Positions 30,908 to 41,204 are shown, numbered from the stretch's first letter. The stretch is 56,444 bases of DNA from an uncultured Pseudomonadota bacterium (GCA_949283275.1 CASDRW010000120.1:1-56444), one strand, 5' to 3'. Program-made: numbers and translations. The notes: a model not told the origin generated them from the letters alone.

Positions 30908-31661
30908 AAGACACCAAAAATTTAATGTTTTTTGTATTGTTTGCGTTTACTACGTCCAAGTCAATTATTCCCATTTCCTTGAAACCCAAGACATAAAATC
31001 CCGGAATTGAAAAGATATCAAACGCCATATCAGGATTAAACAAAAGCCTGTTTTTAACACTAAGATTAGATGTTTCAATAAAATTTTTAAAAGATTTGCT
31101 CCATGCCGGTATGCCAAACTCGCCAAAAATAATAACCGGATTGTCGTTTTGTGCAATAAATTCATTCAAGTGCCTAAATATCAAAGGATAATCGCTGAGA
31201 CTAGCATTGCTGAAATCAACCTGTATCAAGGTAATTGGCGTGTTGTGCTCAACAACGGCATAAGAAGCTTTGTAGTGTTGAGCCAAAATAATGGTTCCTG
31301 CCGCTTTTATGTTTTCTTTATCCAAAGTATCACTAAGTTTTTGTTTTTTGTTAAAACTCAATTCCAAAATCTGCTGACCTTCAAACTTATCTGATAAAAA
31401 TATATTGGCATAGGCTGCCAGAGAAGTATAATTGATAAGCAACAAAAATGCAAAAACTAGAACGCTTTTAAATTTTTTGCGCCACAACGAGTAAATCATT
31501 AAAACACTGGCCAGACAAAACAGATGAAACAAGTTAAAATACTTACAGTCAATACCGTGCTCGGTAAAAGAAAGCGCGGTCAATGCTGCCAACATCACCA
31601 TCATAGCGGCGAGAAAAATATTTTCACGCTTTTGCTGTTTTTTTTGACGTAAGTAACCCAT
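30888..31661 (-). CDS. membrane protein with a short, degenerate EEP (YafD-like) C-terminal region
   Basis: 257 aa with three N-terminal TM helices. PVIIFGEFGIPAWS sits where membrane EEP proteins have GDFNxTPWS, so the catalytic Asp and Asn are replaced. This call is tentative. Confidence 0.45.
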   Translation of the reverse strand: MGYLRQKKQQKRENIFLAAMMVMLAALTALSFTEHGIDCKYFNLFHLFCLASVLMIYSLWRKKFKSVLVFAFLLLINYTSLAAYANIFLSDKFEGQQILELSFNKKQKLSDTLDKENIKAAGTIILAQHYKASYAVVEHNTPITLIQVDFSNASLSDYPLIFRHLNEFIAQNDNPVIIFGEFGIPAWSKSFKNFIETSNLSVKNRLLFNPDMAFDIFSIPGFYVLGFKEMGIIDLDVVNANNTKNIKFLVSFNPEKP

Positions 31662-31739
31662 TTTTAATCTGTTTGCATTAAGTTACGGTTTAAGGAATAT
31701 TATATGACAAAAAAATTTTTTGTAAATGGTTGAGAATAA

Positions 31740-33113
31740 ATGATAGAACAACTTGGCTCTTTAGAATTTATTGCCACGGTATCATCAAAGTTTGAGTTTT
31801 TACTTGAAGCTGTGAATGCTTATTTTGCGGGAGGAAACAATCTCAAGTTTATCTCTTTTACATTGATATTGTTCGCATTGGTTTTATTTTTACTATTGGT
31901 TATAATTATTTATATCCGCAACATCATATTTTTTGTAAAAAGTAACAACCCCGGAAAAAATGTAGAAAGAGAGAATGCAGAAGAAAACGAAGATTTGTTT
32001 GATGAAGAAGAACAAAGAGAACTTGAAAAAGAGTTACAAAAAGAATTGGATTTGGCATTAGAGGAACGTCGAGAGATTGAACGGCAAGCAGAAGAAGATC
32101 AAAGACAAAAGGAATTGTCTCAAGCCAAAAAAGCAGAACAAAAAAAGATAAAAAAAGAAAAACAAGAACAGGAAAAAGAGCAAAAAATAATGAGCCGTGA
32201 AAAGCCAAAAAATGTTGGTATAGACTTTGATTGGCAAAAAGGCAAAATTCCTCCGGCGGAATTAAGTGAAACAAGTAATATTACTGAGATATCAATATCA
32301 TATAAACAAAGCCGTAAAGAGCTAAATGAGCTTATGGGCTTGGTTATTGATATGCTAGGCCGTGGCGTTGATGACCTCAAAATAGCTCAAACCGTCAATT
32401 ATAAAAATCAAGGTATGCAAGATGAAAACGAGATATTAAAAACCATTGATGCGGTTAAATTTTTTATAAGCCTTTGTGTGTCGGGCAAGTTTTCGCATCT
32501 TGAGCGCTATGCCGATCTTCCCGGAGAAGAACAAGCTCTCTATAACCTAGCCAACGGTGATCCTTCATTAGCTTTGGCTTTGCTTGAAAGTTTAATGGAT
32601 ACAAATATCGATAAAGCCAACGCAGTTACATCCGAAGCTAAGCGCCAACAAGTTTATATGGATGTATCTTCTTATGCCTGCTGTTTCGGCGCTTTGGCTG
32701 AGCTCAATGATATTATGCTGGCCACCTCGGCCTATGAATTGGCAATTGAGCTACAATCGGTCAATGTTGTTGCCTGGAGCAGGCTAGGAGATGTCTATAA
32801 AAAAGCAAGCTCTATGTCCAAAGCGGCATGGGCCTACCAAAATGTTCTGAATTTTGCCGACGGTGAAATAGATATCACCGAGGTAGCCAACGCCAATCGT
32901 CATCTGTCTGAGCATTTATATGCGGAGGGCAACAGTTTGCAAGCGGCCAAACTCTACAACAGCGCCAAACAATACTACGATTCTTTGGGCATTAATCGTC
33001 GTTTAGACAAGCAAGAGCTTGAAATTATAGGTATTATCGAAAGCAATCGCCAGACATCGTTGCCTGAATCCATCAAAAAACTTTTAGGCGCCGCCGAAAA
33101 TTCAAGGAGTTAA
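31740..33113 (+). CDS. hypothetical membrane-anchored coiled-coil / TPR-like protein
   Basis: 457 aa with a TM helix (FISFTLILFALVLFLLLVIIIYI), a Glu/Lys/Gln-rich coiled coil and a helical-repeat C-terminus. Confidence 0.55.
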   Translation: MIEQLGSLEFIATVSSKFEFLLEAVNAYFAGGNNLKFISFTLILFALVLFLLLVIIIYIRNIIFFVKSNNPGKNVERENAEENEDLFDEEEQRELEKELQKELDLALEERREIERQAEEDQRQKELSQAKKAEQKKIKKEKQEQEKEQKIMSREKPKNVGIDFDWQKGKIPPAELSETSNITEISISYKQSRKELNELMGLVIDMLGRGVDDLKIAQTVNYKNQGMQDENEILKTIDAVKFFISLCVSGKFSHLERYADLPGEEQALYNLANGDPSLALALLESLMDTNIDKANAVTSEAKRQQVYMDVSSYACCFGALAELNDIMLATSAYELAIELQSVNVVAWSRLGDVYKKASSMSKAAWAYQNVLNFADGEIDITEVANANRHLSEHLYAEGNSLQAAKLYNSAKQYYDSLGINRRLDKQELEIIGIIESNRQTSLPESIKKLLGAAENSRS

Positions 33114-33115
33114 TT

Positions 33116-34243
33116 CTAAGAGAGTTTAGTTTCGAAATTAATTCTTGGATCAATCAGACAATAGGTAATATCGGAAATAAGTTTAAGAATTAGCCCCAAT
33201 AAAGCGAAAATATACATCGTGCCGAAAATCACCGGATAATCGCGTGTCATTATCGCCTCATACCCTAAAAGGCCCAAACCGTTAAGCGAGAAAATAACCT
33301 CAATAAGCAATGATCCGGTAAATAGCATTTTAATAAGCAAGGACGGAAATCCTGCAATAACAATCAGCATAGCATTGCGAAACACGTGTCCGTAAAGGAT
33401 TTGATTTTGGTTCAAACCTTTGGCTTTTGCAGTTAAGACATATTGTTTGTTTATTTCATCCAAAAAAGAGTTTTTAGTAAGCATAGTAAGCGAGGCAAAT
33501 CCGCCGACAACCATTGCTGTAATAGGAAGCGTGATATGCCAAAAATAATCAATAATTTTTTGCCACCAAGATAAATCTGACCAGTTATCGGATGTCAGAC
33601 CATGCAAAGGAAACCAGCTTAAATATGTTCCTCCGGCAAAAAATACAATCAAAAATACGGCAAACAAGAATACCGGCACCGCCGAGCCGATTACCACGGC
33701 AAAAGATGTTGCAACGTCAAATTTAGAACCATCGCAAACGGCTTTTTTAATGCCCAGCGGAATGGCAATCAAATAAATAATCAAAGTCGACCACAGCCCC
33801 AAAGAAACCGACACCGGCATCCTCTCTGCAATCAGTTTTGCTACGCTTTTGTCTTGATAAAAGCTTTTGCCGAAATCAAATAAGGCATAGTCTTTTATCA
33901 TTTTCAAAAAACGAACATGTGCCGGTTTGTCAAAACCAAACTGCTTTTCTAGCTCTTTTATCAAATCTTCCGGTACTCCGGATGCTCCTTGATATTTGCT
34001 GCTTCCGCTCTCCATATAAGCGGTTCCGCTACCTGATATTGCTCCGGTTGCTTCGGTGTTCATTCCGCGATATTGGGCCAACACGTGTTCAACCGGTCCC
34101 CCCGGAGCAAACTGAATAATAACAAAATTCAAAGTCAAAATTCCCAACAAAGTCAAAGGAATAAGCAAAAGACGTTTAAATATATAATTACGCATTTTAT
34201 TCCTCCACCCACCAGGTATAAAGGTCAACTCCGGTTTTGACAT
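33116..34243 (-). CDS. yejB: peptide/microcin-type ABC transporter permease YejB
   Basis: 375 aa, collinear with E. coli YejB as I recall it (FIIQFAPGGPVE, WHITLPI, LTMLTKNSFLDEINKQYVLTAKAKGL, IDPRINFE). Confidence 0.9.
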   Translation of the reverse strand: MSKPELTFIPGGWRNKMRNYIFKRLLLIPLTLLGILTLNFVIIQFAPGGPVEHVLAQYRGMNTEATGAISGSGTAYMESGSSKYQGASGVPEDLIKELEKQFGFDKPAHVRFLKMIKDYALFDFGKSFYQDKSVAKLIAERMPVSVSLGLWSTLIIYLIAIPLGIKKAVCDGSKFDVATSFAVVIGSAVPVFLFAVFLIVFFAGGTYLSWFPLHGLTSDNWSDLSWWQKIIDYFWHITLPITAMVVGGFASLTMLTKNSFLDEINKQYVLTAKAKGLNQNQILYGHVFRNAMLIVIAGFPSLLIKMLFTGSLLIEVIFSLNGLGLLGYEAIMTRDYPVIFGTMYIFALLGLILKLISDITYCLIDPRINFETKLS

Positions 34244-36041
34244 CGGTTTTTAAGTGTTTCAATCGCCGATTATAGGCGATGCGTTCGGTCGCCGAATACC
34301 ATTGCGGAATAAAATAATGTTGCCGCATAACAACGCGGTCAAGTGCTTTGACATAAGCTTTATAAGTTTCTTCATCTTGCGCCGCAATCAAACCGGTGAT
34401 AAGCTCGTCAATTATTGGATTTTTTATCCCCAATACATTAAAAGAACCTTTTATATCGGCAGAATTAGAGCCCCAGATTTCTTTTTGCTCGTTTCCCGGC
34501 AAATTGCTTAGTCTGTAAGATAAGATAGCCGCCTCAAACTCAAAATTATCCAAACGATTCTTAAAAATATTAACTTCCAAATTGCGAAAAGTCATTTTAA
34601 TACCGATTTTGCGCAAATTTTCGATAAAAGGCAGCATAACACGGGTAAAAGCCGAACCATTGGCAGAGTTGCCCAAAACCTCTATTGTCAAAGGCTCGTT
34701 GGTTTTAAGGTTAGTCATTTTACCGTCAACAAATCCATAACCGGCATCAGCTAAAAGTTTTACGGCTTTTTTAAGATTCTCGCGTTGTTTTTTTGGTGTT
34801 GAGTTATCAGGGTTTTGATAAGGTTTATCAAAAATATCGTCTGGTATCTGCCCCTTAAAATGTTCTAAAATCTGTCTTTCTTTTCCTTGTGGCAAACCTG
34901 TGGCTGCCAAATCGGTGTTGCTAAATATGCTATACAGGCGCTCATATTGATTATAAAAAAGTTTTTCGTTGGCCCATTCAAAATCAAAAGCCAAACCAAT
35001 GGCTTCTCTGACCTTAGCATCAGCAAACTTATCCAGCCTGGTATTAAACCCAAAAAACTGCAACACGGCCGGATTGTTGTGTTCTATAGCTTCTTTTATT
35101 ATTTTTCCTTCTTTAATCAGTTTGTTATCATAACCGTTGGCCCATATTTTGGCAATATATTCTTCTCTGGCATCGATGTTTCCGGCAAACAAAGCTTGCA
35201 AGGTTACGGTTGTATCCTGATAGAACTCAAAACGGATGACATCAAAATTGTAAAAACCTTTGCGCGACGGCAAATCCTTGGCCCAATAGTTGGGATTTCG
35301 TTTTAACTCCACAAATTTATTAACTTCAAACTTGTCAATAATATATGGACCGCTGCCTGTGGGAGGGACAAGCGATGGAGTGGCAAAATCTTTTTGATCA
35401 AAATCTTTGGCCGAAAATATTTTAAACTGAGTTAAGATAAGCGGAAGTTCGCGATTGTTTGTCCCTTTTTTAAAATAAAAACGCACATGCCGATCATTAA
35501 CTTTTTCCACTCTTTCGACATCGGCATAATAAACTTTATAAATCGGCGCTCCTTTTTCAATTAAAGCCTTAAAGCTAAAAATAACATCATCAGCGCTAAC
35601 TTTATCACCGTTGGCAAATCTGGCCTCAGGATTTAAGATAAACCCGATAAAAGATTTATCACCCGGTAATTCAAATTTTTCTGCCAAGAGGGGATAAGCC
35701 GTTCTTTGGTCGTCAACCGGGGAATAGCCCAAGCTTTCAAGGCTCAAATCGGCGCCGTTGGTAAAAGCGATTCCCTTAAATATAAAAGGATTAAAATTGT
35801 CAAAAGTTCCATAAGCCGGCAAAGTTATTTTCCCGCCTTTAGGCGCTTTGGGGTTAACAAACTCAAAATTTTTAAAACCGGCCTCATATTTGGGGTGATT
35901 ATAAAGAGATAGCGCGTCACTAATTATGTTTTTGGCTTCAGCAAGATTAAAAACACCCCAAACGCCCAAAAACAGCAGGCTATTTCTGATAATTTTCAAC
36001 ATCTGTCCAACCGCTGAAAGGAGATATAGTCTTTTCATCAT
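34197..36041 (-). CDS. yejA: ABC transporter periplasmic substrate-binding protein YejA-like (family 5 SBP)
   Basis: The mature N-terminus FEFVNPKAPKGGKITL resembles YejA. The start is ambiguous: ATG at 36041/36038 or 36002, giving signal peptide ...LLFLGVWGVFNLAEA. The track's TTG at 36158 is unlikely. Confidence 0.85.
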   Translation of the reverse strand: MMKRLYLLSAVGQMLKIIRNSLLFLGVWGVFNLAEAKNIISDALSLYNHPKYEAGFKNFEFVNPKAPKGGKITLPAYGTFDNFNPFIFKGIAFTNGADLSLESLGYSPVDDQRTAYPLLAEKFELPGDKSFIGFILNPEARFANGDKVSADDVIFSFKALIEKGAPIYKVYYADVERVEKVNDRHVRFYFKKGTNNRELPLILTQFKIFSAKDFDQKDFATPSLVPPTGSGPYIIDKFEVNKFVELKRNPNYWAKDLPSRKGFYNFDVIRFEFYQDTTVTLQALFAGNIDAREEYIAKIWANGYDNKLIKEGKIIKEAIEHNNPAVLQFFGFNTRLDKFADAKVREAIGLAFDFEWANEKLFYNQYERLYSIFSNTDLAATGLPQGKERQILEHFKGQIPDDIFDKPYQNPDNSTPKKQRENLKKAVKLLADAGYGFVDGKMTNLKTNEPLTIEVLGNSANGSAFTRVMLPFIENLRKIGIKMTFRNLEVNIFKNRLDNFEFEAAILSYRLSNLPGNEQKEIWGSNSADIKGSFNVLGIKNPIIDELITGLIAAQDEETYKAYVKALDRVVMRQHYFIPQWYSATERIAYNRRLKHLKTDVKTGVDLYTWWVEE

Positions 36042-37263
36042 CTTGTTTCGGCAATTCAACTTTATTTTCTTTAGCCGCCAAACCTTGCCATTCTTTTTTA
36101 AGAGAATCAAGCGTTCTTTGGGTGTCAAAAACCGGTTTTTGAATAGGTTGAGGTGCAATATCTATATTAGATTTTTCCTGCAGATTCTGTTCATCTTCCG
36201 ATTCTCTAAAGGTAGATATAGAATCAAAAGCAACAGTCTTTTCAAAAGAAGGTTCTTTAATAATTTTTTCTTCTTTACCAAAACTTCTTTCCAAAGCCAA
36301 AGAAAAAGCATCTTTTTGTAAGGTTGTCTGTTGATTTTGAACTCCCTCTTTTTTCTTTGGTCTAAATTTCTCCCACACTTTAGTTACACGTTTACCTATT
36401 TCTTTATAAGCCATAGAAGATTCGGCAATCATAGCAGCCTTTGCCGGTTGATCAAATTCTCGTTGGGATTCAAATTCCGACTCATTTTTCTGCGGAGATA
36501 AAAAGTCAGAATCATTGTTTAACGCTTCTTGCTTTTCCGGAGCAAAAGTCTCTCTGGTTCTGCGAATTTCATCGGCAACCGGAGCCAAAATGGCAAACAC
36601 TTTGCCAAAAACACCGGTTTCGATAATATTAAGCAGGACTCTCTCTTTATCATATTTTTCAAGCAAGCCGAGCAAAGTTTGATATCTGGCGCAAAATTCC
36701 AGAATTGTTCCAGCAAGCAAGGCATCATTTTGAGCATTGCCGAAAACTCTTTTTTGAAAGCCAGGTTGCAGATTAAAGTTTTCAATCACCACTTTACCGA
36801 AAGACCATTTGCCGCCGTTTTGCACTTTGCTCCACAAAAGTTCTATCTGCTCGTTTGCAACCAGTCGTTCACGTTGCAAAAATTCGCTCAACAGCTCGTT
36901 CATGTCGGCAATCATCAAATCAAAACGCCCTAGCATAAAAGAGTTTTTGATATTTTGTTCAGTTTCCAACATAATTCTTGCCAACAAATCAGAATATTCC
37001 TGATTTTTTTTCATCTGAGAAAACAATTTGAAAATTTGTCTGTTAACAGAGCGGTTATAGATATATTGGCTTATAAATCCGAATATGGCCCAAATTATAA
37101 GTATCGGCAGACAAGCAAACAAAGCATAGAGCAAAACATTAACTATTCCGGCATCAAAAAAAGACATACCGCCAAGCGATGAAGCCACAAAACGAAAAGC
37201 ATAAAGTATCCAGGTTATAGAAGCAAAAACGGCGCCAAACAAAACAAGTGTCAGCATCATCAC
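35980..37263 (-). CDS. hypothetical inner-membrane protein
   Basis: 427 aa with three N-terminal TM helices and a soluble region without motifs I recognise. It overlaps the start of yejA. Confidence 0.55.
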   Translation of the reverse strand: MMMLTLVLFGAVFASITWILYAFRFVASSLGGMSFFDAGIVNVLLYALFACLPILIIWAIFGFISQYIYNRSVNRQIFKLFSQMKKNQEYSDLLARIMLETEQNIKNSFMLGRFDLMIADMNELLSEFLQRERLVANEQIELLWSKVQNGGKWSFGKVVIENFNLQPGFQKRVFGNAQNDALLAGTILEFCARYQTLLGLLEKYDKERVLLNIIETGVFGKVFAILAPVADEIRRTRETFAPEKQEALNNDSDFLSPQKNESEFESQREFDQPAKAAMIAESSMAYKEIGKRVTKVWEKFRPKKKEGVQNQQTTLQKDAFSLALERSFGKEEKIIKEPSFEKTVAFDSISTFRESEDEQNLQEKSNIDIAPQPIQKPVFDTQRTLDSLKKEWQGLAAKENKVELPKQDDEKTISPFSGWTDVENYQK

Positions 37264-37413
37264 AAAATCTCCTGCAACAACATAATAAGCAATAATATTT
37301 GAAAATATCTATTTTTCCAATAAAATTCATATCTTATTACACAAAAAGAAAAAAGATTGCTAAAATAACAAAAGCTGTGTTATAAACAAAGAAAAAGAAA
37401 GAAGAGCAAAGAT

Positions 37414-38388
37414 ATGGATACGGAAGAGATAGAACCGCTTGAGTTTGAAAAAAACATTGCCGAGGTTGAAGATAAGATTAAACGCTTAAAACAGTTGGAA
37501 TTAAGCGACGGTCTAAATATTGATGCCGAGATCCAAAGACTTTCACAAAAGCTTGATCGGCTGTTTAAGCAATTGTATTCTAAATTAACTCCTTGGCAAA
37601 AAACGTTGGTTGCCCGTCATCCGGCACGTCCGCATTGTCTTGATTATATAAAAGGTCTTATAGAGGATTTTGAGCCTTTGGCCGGGGACAGGGCTTTTGG
37701 CAACGATGAGGCCATGGTTGGGGGGCTTGGCAAATTTATGGGGCGTTCGGTTGTGGTTATTGGCCAAGAAAAAGGCAATGATCTTGCGTCCAGAGTAAAA
37801 TATAACTTTGGCATGGCCAAGCCGGAGGGCTATCGCAAAGCCCAACGTTTAATGGATTTGGCCGACAAATTTTCGCTTCCGGTAATAGCCTTTGTTGATA
37901 CATCGGGTGCTTTCCCTGGTGTTGATGCCGAAGAAAGGGGTCAAGCTCAGGCCATTGCCTCAAGTATAGAGCGCTGCCTAAATCTCAAAGTTCCGTTCAT
38001 CTCAGTAGTAATAGGCGAGGGAGGCTCCGGCGGGGCCATAGCCATAGCTACAGCCAACAGGATTCTGATGCTTGAACATGCGATTTATTCGGTAATTTCC
38101 CCTGAGGGCTGCGCTTCTATTTTGTGGCGTTCGGCTACCAAAGTCAAAGAAGCAACCGAGGCTTTATGCTTAACAGCTCAAGATTTAAGGCGGCTTGGGG
38201 TTATCGACGAGATTATTGCCGAACCTGCCGGTGGTGCACAGCGTCATCACAAAGAAATGATAGAGCGTGTGGGAGAGGTGATGGCGCGTCATCTCAAAGA
38301 GCTTTCATCTCAAACCGGAGAGGAATTAAAAAAGAAAAGAACCGACAAATTTTTAAAAATGGGGCGTCATCTTGCAAAATCTGAATAG
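37414..38388 (+). CDS. accA: acetyl-CoA carboxylase carboxyltransferase subunit alpha
   Basis: 324 aa (ARHPARPH, FVDTSGAFPGVDAEERGQAQAIA, IGEGGSGGA). Confidence 0.96.
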   Translation: MDTEEIEPLEFEKNIAEVEDKIKRLKQLELSDGLNIDAEIQRLSQKLDRLFKQLYSKLTPWQKTLVARHPARPHCLDYIKGLIEDFEPLAGDRAFGNDEAMVGGLGKFMGRSVVVIGQEKGNDLASRVKYNFGMAKPEGYRKAQRLMDLADKFSLPVIAFVDTSGAFPGVDAEERGQAQAIASSIERCLNLKVPFISVVIGEGGSGGAIAIATANRILMLEHAIYSVISPEGCASILWRSATKVKEATEALCLTAQDLRRLGVIDEIIAEPAGGAQRHHKEMIERVGEVMARHLKELSSQTGEELKKKRTDKFLKMGRHLAKSE

Positions 38389-39502
38389 TTTTATCTATGA
38401 CAACGTAGGTTTGGTTGTTATAAGTATTTTGTTATTAATTTTAGGCAACATAGTGTTTTTGTTGTTGCGCCGAGACAAAAGCAACATCAAAGATATTTTG
38501 TTGCAGTCTCAAGGCGAGCTTTCTGGGCGTTTGGCATTGTTGCACGAGAACAACCGTCAGGAACAAAAGCGTATTTTTGAAGCCCTAAACGAGCAAAAAA
38601 TGACGGTTTTAAAGATGATGGACGAAAAGCTTTTGGCTGTAACCAAGAGTGTTGGTGAAGGCTTGCAGCAAAGCACAACCAAAACCAACGAAACCCTGGC
38701 CGCTCTAAGAGAACGCTTAGCCAAAATAGATGCGGCGCAACAAAAAATATCATCATTATCCGAGCAGGTTGTGTCGTTGCAAGAGGTGTTGTCAAACAAA
38801 CAGGCAAGGGGGGCATTTGGCGAGATACAGCTAAATGATTTGGTAACCTCGATTCTGCCGCCCAATGCCTATTCTTTTCAGGCTCTTTTAAGCAATGGCA
38901 AAAAGGCCGACTGTCTGCTCAATCTTCCCAATCCTCCCGGAGCCATAGTAATAGACGCCAAATTTCCGCTGGAAAGCTATTATGCTTTGCGCCATGCCTC
39001 ATCCGAGCGTGAAAAGCTTGACGCCGAACGTTTTTTTAGGGCATCAGTAATAAAACACATCAAAGATATTGCCGAGAAATATATAATTTCGGGCGAAACG
39101 GCGGAATCGGCTTTGATGTTTTTGCCGAGTGAAGCTATATATGCCGAGCTTCATGCCAATTTTATAGATGTGGTAGAACATTCATACAAAGCCAAAGTCT
39201 GGATAGTATCTCCCACCACATTAATGGCCACCCTCAACACGGTGCGGGCAATCTTAAAAGATGCGCATATGAGGGAGCAAGCCGGAGTTATTCAAAAAGA
39301 GGTTGGGATATTGATAGATGATATTTGCCGGCTTGATGAACGTGTAGAGAACCTAAGTCGTCATTTCAAACAAGCAGGAGATGATATCGATTCGATAAAA
39401 GTATCATCAGGCAAGATTGCCAAAAGAGTACAGAAAATAGAGGCAATAGAGCTTGGAGAAAACACGCATCCTGCATTGGAGCATATTGCAGCCAACGAGT
39501 AA
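38372..39502 (+). CDS. rmuC: DNA recombination protein RmuC
   Basis: 376 aa with an N-terminal TM helix, a coiled coil and a C-terminal RmuC nuclease-like region (GAFGEIQLNDL..., DAKFPLESY, MFLPSEAIY). Confidence 0.9.
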   Translation: MQNLNSFIYDNVGLVVISILLLILGNIVFLLLRRDKSNIKDILLQSQGELSGRLALLHENNRQEQKRIFEALNEQKMTVLKMMDEKLLAVTKSVGEGLQQSTTKTNETLAALRERLAKIDAAQQKISSLSEQVVSLQEVLSNKQARGAFGEIQLNDLVTSILPPNAYSFQALLSNGKKADCLLNLPNPPGAIVIDAKFPLESYYALRHASSEREKLDAERFFRASVIKHIKDIAEKYIISGETAESALMFLPSEAIYAELHANFIDVVEHSYKAKVWIVSPTTLMATLNTVRAILKDAHMREQAGVIQKEVGILIDDICRLDERVENLSRHFKQAGDDIDSIKVSSGKIAKRVQKIEAIELGENTHPALEHIAANE

Positions 39503-39600
39503 AATTTTTGGATAAATGATAAAATAGCTCTTGGCTTTTTGCAAAATTGATATATTGATAAATAAAATTTATTGTTTAATTTAAGAAAAGGACAATCAAA

Positions 39601-39882
39601 GTGACCAGATCAGAATTAATTGAAAAAATAGCAGCCAAAAACCCGCACTTAATGCTCAAAGATGTGGAGCGTATAGTAGCGGTTGTTTTTGATACGATTA
39701 TAGATTCGCTAGCCAAAGGCGATAGAGTAGAGTTTAGAGGCTTTGGGGCTTTTTCGGTACGCTCTCGCAGTCCGCGTCTGGCCAAAAACCCACGCACCGG
39801 AGCGGAAGTAAAGGTTGAGGAGCGCAAAATTCCTCATTTCAAGACCGGTAAGCAACTGTTTGAATCGCTCAACTCAAAATAA
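39601..39882 (+). CDS. ihfB: integration host factor subunit beta
   Basis: 93 aa from a GTG start ([11 protein letters not shown]...[29 protein letters not shown]...PHFKTGK), matching the IHF-beta pattern. Confidence 0.9.
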   Translation: MTRSELIEKIAAKNPHLMLKDVERIVAVVFDTIIDSLAKGDRVEFRGFGAFSVRSRSPRLAKNPRTGAEVKVEERKIPHFKTGKQLFESLNSK

Positions 39883-39940
39883 AGGATTGGCGTTTTTTCC
39901 AATCCTTACGACACAAGTCTTTTTATAAGGAGATGACGTT

Positions 39941-40333
39941 ATGGGATTTATCAAAGCGCTTATAGGTCTGCCGTTGGCATTTATTGTTTTGGTTTTTGCC
40001 TTTGTCAACAATGACATGGCAACGTTTTCTCTTTGGCCCACGGCCATAGAAATAACCGTTTCATTAAGCGTTGCGATAATCTTTTTATTGGTGTTGGGAT
40101 ATATCATCGGTTGGTTCTTTACCTGGTTGTCATATATGCCATTGAGGAAGGCATTGCGGCATCAGAAAAAGCAAAATAAAAAACTATCCAAAGAGCAGGA
40201 AAAATTGGCCAAAGAGGTTGAGGGGCTGCAAGGCAACATAGAAAGTTTGCGTTCAGCCGTTCCTTCTGAGCCGAAAGTTTCGTTCAAGGAGCGTTTAAGA
40301 AAAGCTTTTATAGGTGACAAAGCGGCAGACTAG
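39941..40333 (+). CDS. LapA-domain (DUF1049-like) inner-membrane protein
   Basis: 130 aa with two TM helices and a basic coiled tail. It holds the conserved position after ihfB. Confidence 0.65.
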   Translation: MGFIKALIGLPLAFIVLVFAFVNNDMATFSLWPTAIEITVSLSVAIIFLLVLGYIIGWFFTWLSYMPLRKALRHQKKQNKKLSKEQEKLAKEVEGLQGNIESLRSAVPSEPKVSFKERLRKAFIGDKAAD

Positions 40334-40343
40334 GAGAAATAGC

Positions 40344-41204
40344 ATGAACTGGATTTCCGATTTTGTCCGCCCCAAGATAAAAAAGACCTCCACCAAAGAA
40401 ATCTCGGAAAACTTATGGACCAAATGCCCGGAGTGCGGGCAAATGTTGTTTAATAAAGAGCTGGAAAAAGACCTTTATATCTGTTCGTTTTGCGGTCATC
40501 ATCTGAGGCTTCCGCTGCAAAAAAGGTTTGCCCTGTTGTTTGACAAAGGCAAATACAAAACATTGACCTTGCTCAAATTGCAAGATGATCCGCTTAATTT
40601 TAAAGATTCAAAAAAATATACTGACCGTTTGCGTGGTTACCGCAAACTAACCGGACATGATGATGCCATAGAGGTTTGCTACGGCGATTTAGGCGGCATC
40701 AAAACGGTAATAGCGGCGCTTGATTTTTCATTTATGGGAGGATCCATGGGAACTGCCGTGGGCGAGGGAATAGTAAAAGCGGCGGAATTTGCAGTCAAAA
40801 CATCCTCTCCGTTGATAATAATTTCTGCCTCGGGAGGAGCCAGAATGCAAGAAGGTATTTTGTCTTTGATGCAAATGGCCAGAACCACGGCAGCGGTTAA
40901 TCAGCTAAAAGAAAAAGGGCTGCCCTATATTTCGGTTATGACCGATCCAACTACCGGCGGTGTTTCAGCCTCTTTTGCCATGCTTGGGGATATAAACATT
41001 GCCGAAAAGGGTAGTATTATAGGCTTTGCCGGAGCAAGAGTTATTGAGCAAACCATCCGCGAAACTTTGCCCGAGGGCTTTCAGCGGGCCGAATATTTGC
41101 AAACTCACGGCATGGTTGATATAGTTGTTTCGCGCCAGGAAATGCGCAATAAATTAATAAAAGTGCTACAACTACTGTTAAACAAAAACATAAATTATGA
41201 CTAA
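40344..41204 (+). CDS. accD: acetyl-CoA carboxylase carboxyltransferase subunit beta
   Basis: Zn-ribbon CPECGQ...CSFCGHH and the carboxyltransferase core. Start set at ATG 40344 (AGGAG 8 nt upstream) rather than the track's GTG at 40314. Confidence 0.93.
   Translation: MNWISDFVRPKIKKTSTKEISENLWTKCPECGQMLFNKELEKDLYICSFCGHHLRLPLQKRFALLFDKGKYKTLTLLKLQDDPLNFKDSKKYTDRLRGYRKLTGHDDAIEVCYGDLGGIKTVIAALDFSFMGGSMGTAVGEGIVKAAEFAVKTSSPLIIISASGGARMQEGILSLMQMARTTAAVNQLKEKGLPYISVMTDPTTGGVSASFAMLGDINIAEKGSIIGFAGARVIEQTIRETLPEGFQRAEYLQTHGMVDIVVSRQEMRNKLIKVLQLLLNKNINYD

Noticed and set aside
36042-36158. TTG-initiated extension of yejA, and similarly the GTG/TTG extensions of accD (40314), the porin (25232), nadE (24644) and the small J protein (4584).
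   Set aside because: In each case a downstream ATG lies closer to where the recognisable protein begins. Three of the four have a visible RBS (AGGAG for accD, GGAG for the porin, AAGGAG for nadE). For the small J protein (4617) only a purine-rich stretch lies upstream. For yejA the choice rests on the signal peptide and overlap length, since none of its candidate ATGs has a visible SD.
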